From contig CM120641.1 of NCBI GenBank assembly GCA_051362555.1, positions 18,848,001 through 18,912,000 on the forward strand: 64,000 nucleotides of DNA, in the 5' to 3' direction. Position 1 is the first letter of the stretch. Each line of letters begins with the position of its first letter. Of the stretch, positions 15,508 through 28,438 are shown in pieces. The translations under genes and the position numbers were made by a program. This DNA is from Lingula anatina (taxonomy: Eukaryota; Animalia; Brachiopoda). The notes under the pieces are model-generated. The model searched no databases. It worked only from the letters and a program-made list of their open reading frames with translations, and was not told the origin of the DNA.

Positions 15508-15510
15508 ATA
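15449..15510. repeat. (AAAT)n microsatellite downstream of the SIRT1 stop
   Basis: Directly visible tandem AAAT. Confidence 0.95.
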
Positions 15511-15758
15511 CAATTCTTAACCTTATTCCCTTCAGTTTGCCCTTATTCAAATCATAGATATATTTGGGTTTATATTCAATTTAAGCCAATTTAATGATAT
15601 ATTGTGGGCAACAATAGTCCAAGACATGAACAAATACGAATTCCAACAAGACAGATCAATATTTAGAACAGCAGCTTTGGAGTAAACTGGATTGTAGCAT
15701 TTTAACTCCATTTATGTATTTGCACTTCCCCTCCATCCAGCTCCAGATTTGGTCTCCA

Positions 15759-18700
15759 TTAAGTTATAAGGACATTTAAAGAGTTACTGCCCTCATTATC
15801 AATTTGATCAGTTAACGTCTCTCCTAAATATGCAGGTGCCACATCTTGATCAGGTTTAGGTCTGGACATGTTAATGTCAGAGAGATTTTGAACACTGCTG
15901 TTGTTGTCAGACATTTCATTTTCAGGCTTATCATGAATGTGATGATTGGCCTTTTCTTCATTAATGTCATCAAGATCTGGCTCACCATCGCTGCTCTCTC
16001 CTCCACTGTCATCCTCTGAGAACACCTCTGCACCAGGAAACACATACCTATTTGGAGGAACATGAAGGTAACTGTGCTCTGTAAAAAAAAAAGAAAACAT
16101 TTCATACATGCACCATGTACACAATTTCACATATTCATAATCATTCTCCATGCTGTATGAACTAAGTGTATGAATATATCTCCTACTTTTATAATCTTTA
16201 GTACCTTTTTGGGATGTCAAACTTTTAACCAATACAAAGAACAAAAAGTCAAAAATGTGCAATAATGACATGCCTATCCACACATTAGTACAAAATTAAT
16301 AAAATATTAAAAAATCAACATAATTTTCCCTTTTAATGATATCATTTACCTGGTAGTCTTAATGCAATACTTTGTTTCTTTTTGGGTATCCAACATTCCC
16401 TTAATGCTGCCAAGTCTGTGGTTGAAGCCAATTTGCTGTCTCCATCATCAGTTGGTATGGATGACACTTCAGTTATGCTAGATACTTCCTCATCAACACT
16501 ATATTGTTGCTTATTACTACTCATATTGCTGTCACTATTTTCTGAAAATTGTCTGTCAACTTCTGATATTGGTGTTTGATCGCTTTCCTTTTCTACATTT
16601 GCTTGTTCTGCCTGGCTCTCGTCCTTCAACTCAATGGCAATTTGTTCAGAAGTTTCAACACAAGCATTTTGTGCAGATTGTTTGGAAGGCACTGATGCAC
16701 AAGGGACCTCATCCTGTGCTGGCAAGGTAGGCTCTGGAACTCTTTCATCAGAACCTATATGTCCAGCAAAATGAGGACTTGATCTACTGATTAAACATGG
16801 AGATTCAGGAGGTGTTGGCAGGCAGTCCTTGGATATCTCTGTTAGTTTTTCACCATCTTTAGAACACAGGGATCCCCAACCCTCTCCCAGTCTCCTGCAT
16901 AGTTCTTGGACTATCCCGTCACAGTCCCCAAGAAGCTCCACGTCAAAATTGAGGTGTTTCAGTGGCTCTCTGTTGATAAGTATTTGTGGCACATGAGGTG
17001 ATACAGAGTCTGAAAGAAAAAAGAATTAGAGTATTATGCTATTCCATGGTAAGGAATGAGATTGAAAGTTTCATTTTCAACGTAATTGTACAAACAATCC
17101 ATGAAATGAAGTATAAACATCAACACAAATGACAGACAAACAACTGACTGAAAAAACGATGAAAAATATAACTATTTTGAAGTGCGCAATACCTTTACCC
17201 ACAGCTATGTCCAAAATGGACAGAATTTGAATGATGTACCCACACCCCAAAACACAATCCGCATACAAACAGCCTAGAGACAATGACTGACCTCTGTAAA
17301 TACTCAGAGAGTGATATCAGGATATGTTAGAGATTTCACTTTCAGTATCACTTACTGGGTATAAGAGCTACTGGTCTGACTTTGAGAGAAGATCCTATGA
17401 CAATGAGCAGATCACAGTTATCTTTGTCATGAGACATGCTTTTGTGGAACTCCTCTGGCAAGCTTTCTCCAAAAAACACTATGTCTGGCTTCATAATAGG
17501 CATTTCAGCTTCTGGAGGGCAGTTAGGGCATCTTGGAATAACCTGTCAGTTTTATACAAAAATGTCAGAATTGATGCAGAACTTTTATTTAAATAATGGA
17601 TTGTTAAGCAATTCCCTTTTAACCATGCTCTTTAAAAATTTTTTTCCCCAAAAATGGAGCTTAAAAAAACAATCTCTGCATTAAATGCGGAGTTTCATAT
17701 TTCATGATAACATAACATGTGCTTAACCAATAGGATCACATACTCAGGAAAAAAATCAGTCAAATAATTGCAAGTTAACCATTTTCCATAATAACTTTAT
17801 CAGTTAAAATAATCATTTATTATAAGAAGTTAACTGTGGTAAACTGTTTCCACAAAAGTGAAAACCTAACATTTTGCATTTGTTTTCACAAACCTGTTTC
17901 ATGATGTCTTCTTTTACAGCATTGGCATCCACTTTGTACTTGCAGGTCATACATGTGGCTGTTGCAAATGACCCTGCAAATGATGCATAAAGCCAATAAT
18001 GTACTGTTTTTGTCTTTTGTATAAAATGTGTTTTTAATCTTTTAAAACCATCAAAATAGATTGCTTTCCTTTTTTTCAAATTTCTATTTATGATACAAAA
18101 TTTTTCTTACCATGGCACTGAATAACATTTTGAATGCCTGCTACTTGTTCCAATGTGTCTATATTTTGTGCATAGTTCCTTAATAGTTTTTCATGATCTT
18201 CAAGAAGTTTTATAAACCTATGACATGGTGAAGGTTGGAACTGGCCTGGATAGATTTCCTATTGAAAATACAGGACACTGGTAATGTTTCAAAAATACTA
18301 AAAAGCAATTTCAGTTTACAATTATGCCAATATATCCAATCACTGTTAAGATAACTTCTAAAGAAGTAAAACGCAGATTAAAATTTCATTATCACACTTG
18401 AATATGACATATTCAATATACCAAGCATCATTTTAACCATTAACTTTACATCTTGATATTCTTAACCATACTGACCTTAGCAAACTTGAAGAATGGTTTA
18501 GGGTTGTTTCTGAAGTATCTTATATCAAACATAGCTTGAGGATCTGGAAGGTCTGGGTAGTCGACAGATAAACGGGCATAGATACCATTGCGCGAGCGAA
18601 AATCTGGAATTCCACAGGATACTGAAACCTGAAACAAAGAAGTATAAGGTCTCTGCATTCCATATTCAAGATTGTATACAGTTTTATGTAGTTCTATAAA

Positions 18701-20462
18701 CTGAAAAGGCAATTTTAAAGTATTACACTTTTGATGAATTATAATAAATAAGGATATCCCCCATTCTTCTAAAAACATTCATACTTGAATTATGAAGAAA
18801 TGCTCCCAACTTCATACAGTTTAAGCAGAGGCCACATAAGGGTCACTTACCCCTGCACCTGTCAATACAATTATATTTCTTGCTCTTTTTATCAGTTCTA
18901 CTACATCATCCATGGTGTTCACATGGCTAAGTTTCTTTCTCTTAGGAGGCTCTGAGAGGATCTCCACCACAATCTTCCACAGAGTCAAATCATCCACCTC
19001 ATCTGGTATAAAAGTACTGTGTGGTAACAGGTGGTGAAGTATTTCCCTTGGTTCCCTTCCACCAGCCATTTGTCTATGAACCCATGAGATGGGACCTGAA
19101 TAGAAGAAGTTGATATTTTATTTAAAAAAACAACAACAACAACCAGGCTTCATAGCTACATATTCACATCATGATAACTTATTCAGCAGCTCTCACAAAC
19201 AAAAACAAACATATAATCTGCTCTCTTTAAAATACTTAAATACCATTTCCAATATTCTTATATGAGAATGTACGTCATTGTGTATATGTACTAACACTTA
19301 CCTGCCATCGATCTCCATTCTTCTTCAGCACTCATTCCTGATAAATCACTCATTTCGCTTATGTTGTCCTCTTCCTGCTATCCATCAAATGAAAGACATT
19401 AAAATAATTTCTTGAGAGTTAATTTTAACTTGAAATAAACTGATATAGAGAAACACTTGTAAAGTTCTGTTTCACCATTATGATTTTACATTCTGATTTC
19501 ATGATGAAAATTTTGACCTACCTGACTTCCAGTATTATCACTGCCATCTCCCGACCCTCCACTGAGGTAGTACTCTAACTCATCCTCTCCTGCAAGCAAG
19601 AATTACTCAACACTGCTTAAAAAACATCAAATGTGTGTGTGTGCATGCGTTTGTGCATAAATCTGCAATATATAGATGTAATCATTAAGCACCCCAAGAA
19701 TGTTTCAGAAAATTGTGAGCAAAACATCACGTATATGATACATGTTTCTTCAGATCAACTTTGATATCAATTGCTTCTGGATAAAGATTCAACAAATTTC
19801 CACAGAGCATAAGTTATCTATCTTTGAAGCACATGCACTTACCTTCGGCATGCACATAAACTTCTGGGGGATGTTCATTCATTCCTGGGAATTCTGATGG
19901 AATAATATCCTCTATGGGCACATTGCTTACAAGATTGTCCTTGTCGTTTTCAACTGCAAAAAATTGATTGAATCAATTGAAAATTCAAATAACAATTGGT
20001 TTGACATTGAGTAAAATCCCATTCCAATGTGCGTGTTATGTCAAAATAATCCACGTGGTGATTGACCTAAATTACGTTAAAAAGTAGGTCACAACTGTTT
20101 TGCTTGGTCAGTATATCTTCATAATTTTTGTTCCTTGGGTTCGAAAGAGACAAAAATAGCTATATATTTCAATAAAGGAGAACTTATGCTATAACCTGAT
20201 GCTGACAAAATAACCGCTTATAGACGCTGTTTTTTTATTTTAATTTGGGCTCCTCTTGCATGACCTAGGCGAACTTTTTTGTAGGAAATGACACACCTTT
20301 CAAGTGTTCTTCTTGTAGACCTTCTTTCAATCTCTTTTGTAGGCAGATAGAATCCCCAGCCTCTAATCCTTCTCCCGGCCCCCTAACGAAGTCTTCAAAT
20401 GAATCTGTATCCGACCTAGGACGTTTTAATTGTGATGAGAATTCGCTTCCTTGTGCCGCCAT
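15759..20462 (-). CDS. SIRT1: NAD-dependent protein deacetylase sirtuin-1
   Basis: About 11 exons from MAAQGSEF (20462). Contains [117 protein letters not shown] and the C-terminal [12 protein letters not shown] segment. Confidence 0.98.
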
Positions 20463-20790
20463 ATTGGATTTGGACGCGGTATACAATTGCGCATGCTCTG
20501 TGGAAGTGTGAACGTCACAGGGAGCAATAATTTTTTAATATTTTCTTTATTTACTATACACATTAGTGTGTACTTGACAGTGACTTTATGAAATGTTCCC
20601 AATGGTCAATTTTACAAATATACTTATGTTAAAAATAAGAAGAGAGTAGCCTTTATAACTAAGAATTATTGCTCTTTTGGAATATTAGAAAACACTAACA
20701 AATATACACTCCCATCATATATAAACACTTCCGGCAACAAGCTTGAAGTTGTGCAGGCGGTGCAAATGTCCTTCTGTTGTGACCCACAAT
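20455..20790. promoter_or_regulatory. Compact bidirectional promoter between SIRT1 and DNAJC12
   Basis: 326 bp between the two ATGs. Contains a YY1-like GCCGCCATATT (20455), an NRF1-like TGCGCATGC (20488), ETS-like GGAAGTG (20502) and CACTTCCGG (20726), and a CRE half-site ACGTCA (20512). Confidence 0.7.
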
Positions 20791-23700
20791 GGTTGACGCC
20801 GCACTTAACAGCGAGATTAATTCTGAAGATGATTACTATCACATCTTGGGATGTGACGAACTCTCAACAGTAAGTTTTAGCAGCAATCGTATAGTTCGAT
20901 TCCCCACTCAGTATAGTCATTTCCCTGACACAGACACAGTTACAGTGACTTAATTAATCTAAAAAGTACATAAATCGACTTTTAAATACCACACTAGTCA
21001 ATTGGAGTGTGAAAAATGGGTTGAGTATTATAAATTTGTTAACAGTAAGTCAATTTTAAGTTTCCGGGTTTAGTATATTTTTATGATATTTTGAGTCAAA
21101 ATTTTTTAATGTTAGTTAAAGTCTAAATAGCTATATTGTAGTGGATTCAATTAAATCTAATGTTATTTGTTTGATGCCTTGATTTTTCATGTAAGTGGTA
21201 AGTGTGGATTCTTAAGTTTGAAATATAATGCAGTACATTTATTCTAATACAAACCATGTATTTAGGTTTCAGTTCAGACAAATGCAATTATTTTCATTTA
21301 TTAATTTTAGATGGAGCAAATATATGCAGAATATAAGGCGAGAGTAATGGAAAATCATCCTGACAAATGTCAAGATGACCCAAAAGCAAGTATGATTGTC
21401 TTTTGTTGATTTTGAATTACAATACTAGTATAAGGTAGATTGTGAAAGGTAATTTAAGTTGAACTAGTTCACATTTTAAACAGAATTTCTTTTAATTTTG
21501 TAATCTGTATAGAATTTACCAAATCAATGTTTTGCAAAAAAATATTGATAAATACCTTAACATCATTTCCATTTAAAGAATGTCTTTGTTACAGTTAGCT
21601 CAATGGAAGTATTGACATTTATCTTGCTAGTCTTAATTTACCATTGTTACATCTTCATGGTGGTAGACACCCTGATTGTAAAAGCCAAGAATGTATTGAT
21701 TTTTGTAGGATATTAGATTGAAGTGCTCTGCTGGTGTGCTGAGCATGGATTTTGAATCTCAATTCGAATACAGGATATTTTGTCTCTTTTAATCTGTGAA
21801 TAAATGGAAAATTCGACCTCACCACTTTAGAACTTGAAGAAGTTTTTGATGCTAGACTATATGATTTACAAAATAAAAAGTTGATGTAAAATCAAAGTCA
21901 TTTTCCATGCTTATGAACTGTAGTTTATTGTTAATTACAACTGATACAATTGAATAATTCAGCTGGATAATTTCCACCAACACATTTGTACCTAAAAGAG
22001 CTAGACAGTCAATCAAGTCGAGTTGAAAAAAACAGTTGACAATACAAGGATAATATTTTTTATAATAGATAGTATCCTTAAGAGCTTAATCATATAATAC
22101 AAATTGTTGGATAAGATGTTTCCTTTATATACATTAAGAATGTTACCTTAACTTTATTGTGCATTGTCACCAACAAGGAAAAAAAAGTGCCAAAAAAACT
22201 TGTTAATTACTATAAAGACAATAAATTGATAATTGAAGGTTTTGTGAAGAGCCTGCGTTTGAGGAGAAAACATAGATACTGACCACATTAATTTGCCACT
22301 TTTAGAAACAGGTTTATCTTTTGTTCCAATATTTGTTTTTTGATTCAGTATGCGAACATTGATAAATGATGGTCATTCATAAACTCTGTATAGTTCTTAG
22401 CATTAGTATTGATTTGACAGGGACTTTTACTTCATCTGAGCTAAATTTTGATGAAAGTAAATCAATACAACAACCGCCATTCTCTACGGAGTGACTGTGT
22501 TGACATATCTGAGTGTAAAGCAGATTCCATTCATTTCCTGCACACTGGGACAGAGATAATTTTACATTTCCATGCACATATTATAATGTGAATTACATTT
22601 TGAGGATTATAAATTTATATTCATGGAGTTTAATTTGGAAGGAGTAAACCAATGTCTGCATTTATCCCATTTTTCTCCTTAAGCTGATGAAAATGAAATG
22701 AATATATTGAAATTCCATAAAACATGATTTTACAAGATCTTTTTAAGTCCTGCTTTTTCTTTTGTCAAGCGGAAAGATTTGCCAAATTACAGCGAGCAAA
22801 AGAGACCCTTACTAATGATGACACGAGGCAGAAGTATGACCTGTGGAGGAGAAGTGGACTTGCAATACCTTATGAACAGTGGGCCAGCCTTAGAGATACT
22901 GTGCATACAGTTAGTTGACTTAATTTGTTTTTCTCTGGAAAGAAGTTTGTAGATCTTCACACATCATTTACTGTGATGCATACAGATAAACAAGGTAGAA
23001 TTCAATATTCACTTGTAGATTTTGTTTAAAGTAGATAATGTGTAGTAACTCATCTTGCACATTTCTAAATGAAACCAAAATGTACAATTAAAAGAAGCCA
23101 AAAAGTGAATTGTGGCCGCAGTGGTTTAGTACTGCTTTTATTTCAGAGTTGTAGACATTCATAAAGAGGAAATTTTTTGTTTTGCTTTCAGTCGATGCAT
23201 TGGATGGATGCTAAAAAAGAAGCAATGTTACCACAGGCTTCTGATTTCTCAGATGATGTCAAAGGTTATGATGTGTCTTCCAATCAAAAACGAAATCCTG
23301 AGGGCAAGGTGCACATGAAAGGTAAGATATTTCTATAAAAAAACAATATCCTGGACCTGGAGAAAATGGCATTTTTCTCTGACCAATAAACCTCGATTTT
23401 CCTTTCCAGACACTTGCTCTGTTACAATCTGGGAAAATAGTTAAGTCCTAAAGTTTCGGTTTTTCAAAACATGCCACCACTTTGGTCACTTTGTCAAGAT
23501 GGTTGACAGGTGGACAGGTTTGTCAGGAGATGATAAATCAGTCTAAGATAAATTTGGCCAAATTATTTCATTATAATGTATTACTTGTCATTAGATAAGT
23601 TCATCAAGAAGTGGTTTATGTACTTTTAAGTAAAGGTGTGTTTAAGGGTATATTGTTCATTAAATCAAAATTTTGGAGATAACTTTTATCCTAGAACATT

Positions 23701-24264
23701 TTATTTCCTTTCTATATTTTATAATGAACTAGATTCAAGCATTTTCTCTTTGCCAAAAACACATGTATTATCTAGTGTCACTAAAAAGCAATTAATTTTT
23801 CAAATTTTCTAAAGTTTCATAAATTTTTGATAAAAAGCAGTAAATGTGAAGCAAAAGATGCCTAGCCATTTGTAATTTGAAATTTCTTTGTAACATGCAT
23901 TTTACAAGCAAGCACTATATGTGTCTGTGTATTTTGATCACCACGTCTATCTGTGTCATCACCATCTGAAACATCGGTGTCAAACTGTATTTTTGTTTTA
24001 CTTTAAGTTTACTGAGTAGCTTAGAGTAAAACAAAAATATTTTTTTGTTAATTTATTTATTTAATTATTTATAAATGTTGTGTTGCAAATTTTCTTCTGT
24101 ATATTTGTCAGTTTTTCTGTCTAGTTATACTTGTTGTGCCAACTTTATTTTTATTTATTTAATCTTTTTTTTCAGATATTTCTCATCTGAACTTTGGCGG
24201 TGTCCCTTGGGAAAGAGATCCACCAAGTGAAGCACTTCGGAAATTCAGAAATTATGAAATTTAA
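20789..24264 (+). CDS. DNAJC12: DnaJ homolog subfamily C member 12 (JDP1)
   Basis: Exons 20789-20869, 21311-21389, 22770-22909, 23192-23321 and 24176-24264 give MVDAALN...DDYYHILGCDELSTMEQIYAEYK...HPDK...FAKLQRAKETLTN...YDLWRRSGLAIPYEQW...SMHW...PSEALRKFRNYEI*. The C-terminus is diagnostic of DNAJC12. Confidence 0.96.
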
Positions 24265-24316
24265 GCAATGATTCACTCATGTATGTCTATTGGGAAAACA
24301 GGGTTCCCTTTGTTGC

Positions 24317-24681
24317 TAATGGTGCTATTCCACACCAACTATGAATTCCGCAAACCATCAAAAACTGATAAATCCCAGGGTTTTTAGTTTAATTGTGATA
24401 AATTCTTTAAGCACCCAATTCTTATTTATTTTCAGTCAGTTCTTGCAATTCTTGAGAAATCCTGAAATTGGTACAAAGGTTTCTAACCAGTCTTCTATTT
24501 ATCATCAGTTTATGTTCTAGGACCTGTACAATAGCTGCTCTATGTTGAACATCTATTTTTGAAGTGAAGCCCAAGCAGGGAAAAGATTTCTACCAGAAAT
24601 ATGCAAAATTCCATAATTCCTCTTGATTTCTAAAATTTATTAATTCCTGGAATTCGTAGTCGGTATGGAATAGGAGCATTA
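24317..24681. mobile_element. MITE just downstream of the DNAJC12 stop (probable 3' UTR)
   Basis: About 33-bp imperfect TIRs TAATGGTGCTATTCCACACCAACTATGAATTCC / GGAATTCGTAGTCGGTATGGAATAGGAGCATTA, in a TA/TAA context. Confidence 0.8.
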
Positions 24682-25906
24682 ACTGTTACAATTTTTTTGT
24701 TCCTGACACTGTATCTCATCTATTGGCATAATAGATACAAATGCCATTTTTGAAAAAGAGGTCCCCAGATGCTGCCATAAAGATGATGCTGGTTCCTTAA
24801 GGGCTTGTGTCAGCAGTGTGAGCAAACTGACCAAGTTGCATACTTCTCTTAAAATTGAAGTTATTGCTTATGACAGCTGTGCTGTTTATATTTGGGTCTA
24901 TTTACATCAGACCTTAAAATTTTAGATAGGAGATATTTAGAGTGTCTCATTTACAGTTGTTTTATATATTCAGTGGTATTTTATTTAGTTTTAGTCACCT
25001 TTGCTATAATGACATCTTTTTCATGTTGTTTTAACATGGCAAATAATATTCTCTATGAATACGCAATTTGGTCAGATCATCAAATGAATGTAAAAAATAA
25101 TAAAATATTGGAATTAAATTTATGAAAATAAACATTTAAATTGTGCCCCAAAAAATTTCACAGCTGAACTCTGAAAAACAAAATCAGTCTTCATTTGCAA
25201 CAATTTTTTTGCCAAAAATTATATTGGACAAGTATCACCAGATAGCATGGAGGCCCTATTGCACCTACAAGCCCATTCCTAGTTTAAGGTAGCAGTGATA
25301 CCAGTTTCAAGTAACTTTTGTTATTCTATAACTTATCTTGGGGTTTGTATGTTATGCAATCTGCATTTAAAAGCTCCAGTTAACCAGTGACAAATTTGTG
25401 AGACAATACTGGTGTACAACACAACATCAAAGCAAAATTTCTCAAATATTAATATCTTTGTCAAAGATTAACAGTATTATAACCAGAAGGGCACAGTTTC
25501 AAGTTTCATTAAAAGTATTTTGAGCAATTGTACATATTTTTGGATACATGTACTTATGTGCAATGATATTATAGTTGTACTTTATGTTATTTTTATATTA
25601 AATATAGCAATATTTGTCTCTATATTAAGTTTTTGGTCATTGACAGTATACATGTATGTTGAGGAAATAAAACATTTATTCAGTGTTCCTCAATTTTATT
25701 TAAAACTTTAATTTAAATGCACTGAAATAATGTAGTTATGTACATTAAAAGCATTTATGAAAATTACACATCCGTTTTCAGTAGAGGTGATCCTATTTCA
25801 TTGGTTATAACCAAATCTGTGTGGGAACTATGCTGCATGCCAGCCAATGTTGCATCTTCAGAAGCATGGCTTGTTTTAAATGATTAGAGCACAAGCTGCA
25901 CAACAA

Positions 25907-28138
25907 AACAAGGCAGCAAAGCTGTCAAATGTACAGACAAAAAGCAGGAAATAACAAAATAGGCTACTGTCAATTCTGATGTAAAAGTACATTATGTTAA
26001 ACTGCAAATTCAACATCAAATTTTAATTATGCTCAACAGGTAATACCAATGTAAGTAAATTGTGTAACAAGCATAAGGCTTCAGGCCCATGGGAGTTCAA
26101 GTTCACACTTTAAAAATGTAAAACTTCCAGAAAAAGAAGTCAATTAGACTGCTTTTCCAACTCGAGCTGCATTTTAGTCCTGTGTTTCTTTTTTAAAAGT
26201 TTGACAATCATAAGTAATATGGTTTTCCCATGATGGTCAGCATGGCAGCAATACCCAAAATTGTGTTTTCTTCTATTTTGATGCAATATTTCATAATGCT
26301 TAACAGCATAAAGACCATCAGTTTTTAATAATAAAATATACGTATCGTGGATTTTCAGAAAATGTGACTAGCATGGGTCTTCAAGCCCAAGGTGGTTCTA
26401 AGTCACACCTTGAAATTGCCAATATGTGAAAAATTAAATTTTCACAAAAAACTGATTAACTGCCAGAAAAATTTACCAAATAGACTGCACTGCCTAATGA
26501 AACTGTATTTTAGTCCCATGTTTCTTTCCTGTAAGTTTGAGAACAATAAGTGACATAGTTTTCCTTAAATGGTCATCAAGGGAGCAGTGTCCAAAATAGG
26601 GGTTTCTTCAAATTTTGATGCAATATTACATAATGTTTAACAGGATAATAACCATCAATTTTTAATAATAAAATATTAGTATCATGGATATTCAGAAAAT
26701 GTGACTAGCAAAGGTCTTCAGGCCCATGGAACTTCAAAGTCACAACTTGAAAATGCCAAAATGTAGACAAGACAGTACTGTCCTGAAATGCATTTTTTTC
26801 CATTTTTAACAATTTTTTAACATATAACAAAATTAACACTTTACTGCCATTTTTATATGATCAACTAAGAAAATTGATGAGATGGGAAAAATATCAATAG
26901 AACAGTGTTTAATGTCCAATTTCCTCCATTCTGAGTTTCTGAACATAGTGAATGAATGAATGGATCTGACAAACTGCAATGATAAGAGTTTATTTCCATT
27001 TTTGAAACTCTATTATACAATACATGATAACAAGCTTACCATCATTTTTACACAATCAACTAACAATGTTGTAAAGATGCAGGAAATGTTAAACAAAGAC
27101 TTTTACGTATCTTATTAGTTAAATAATGAGACTGTTAACATGCCTAAGAATTGAATCTGAGGAAATGTGAAACAAGACAGTACTGTTATGAAATGCGTTT
27201 ATTTCCATTTTTAACACTTTTTTAACATAAAACAAAATTAACAGTTTACTGCCAATTTTATATGATCAACTAAGAAAGTTGATGAGATGTGAAAAATATC
27301 AATAGAACAGTGTCAAATGTCCAATTTCCTCCATTCTGAGTTTCTGAACATAATGAATGATTGAATCTTACAAACTGCAATAATATGAGTTTATCTCCAT
27401 TTTTGACACATTATTACACAATACACGATAACAAGTTTACCATCATTTTTACATAATCAACTAACAATGTTGTAAAGATGCAGGAAATGTCAAACAAACA
27501 CTTTTACGTATCTTATTAATTAAATAATGAGACTGTTAACATGCCTAAGAATTGAATCTGAAGAAATGTGTAAAAACAGCATAACTTATAAAATAATGGC
27601 CCGATTATGCTGATTTTCGAACTTGACCTGCGTTTTAGTAAGATTGATTACCCCTGTGAGTTTCATGACAACAGGCCTATCAGTTTTCTTTGAAATGTGT
27701 TAACAGTGTTGCATATATGCTGAAAAGTGAAAAAACAGCATAATTACTAAAATGGTGGCCCGATCATGCCGATTTTCAAACTTGACCTGCGTTTTAGTAA
27801 GATTGATTACTCCTGTGAGTTTCATGACAACAGGCCTATCGGTTTTCTTTGAAATGTGGTAACAGTGTTGCATATATGCTGAAAAGTGAAAAAACAGCAT
27901 AAATTCTACAATAATGGCCCTATCATGCTGATTTTCGAACTTGACCTGCGTTTTATGAATATTCATCAGCTCTGTAAATATAAAGCCAAAAAGTAAAACT
28001 GTCTTCCACTTATGGTGTTAACGCTGAAAGTGCACGGCGACGGCGACGGCGACATCGACGGCGACATGAACGGCGACGGCGACGACAGACGCAGGTGATG
28101 GCAATATGTACAGACACATCTGTGTCTGTACATAAAAA
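25907..28138 (+). mobile_element. Helentron-type non-autonomous element (HINE/DINE-like), family A, copy 1
   Basis: Starts AACAAGGCAGCAAAGCTGTCAAATGTACAGACA (subTIR). Then module X, a ~400-bp module Y in tandem duplicate (~26768-27570), three ~159-bp monomers, a (GGCGAC)n microsatellite, the terminal hairpin TATGTACAGACACA-TC-TGTGTCTGTACATA and an A-run. Confidence 0.85.
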
Positions 28139-28438
28139 GGATTGTGCTTTTTTCTTTTATAGAGAAGAAGAAAAGCTGCTCTTCTGTAAGTGCTCTCATG
28201 ATGTAAACCAATATCGAAAGTTTGCTGAAATGGGTCTTTCATTACCTCTGCTCATGTTTAGTCTCTATGTTATAATCAAAGTTTTCAATAACATTCAGTT
28301 CCTTCACTATTATCACCTTAAAATTTTCCACAAAGTTTGATACAAATGCACCTTGACATAAACCTCCCTTTTTCAATTATGTGGCCATTGCATTATCCAT
28401 GCCGTCATATTTGGTTCAATGCACATAAATGCAAGAGG

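Noticed and set aside
27700-28340. ORFs in the HINE-A 3' region (also 30929-31458, 47803-48128 and 49723-49926)
   Set aside because: They derive from satellite monomers and the GGCGAC microsatellite, with no transposase or Rep/helicase motifs.
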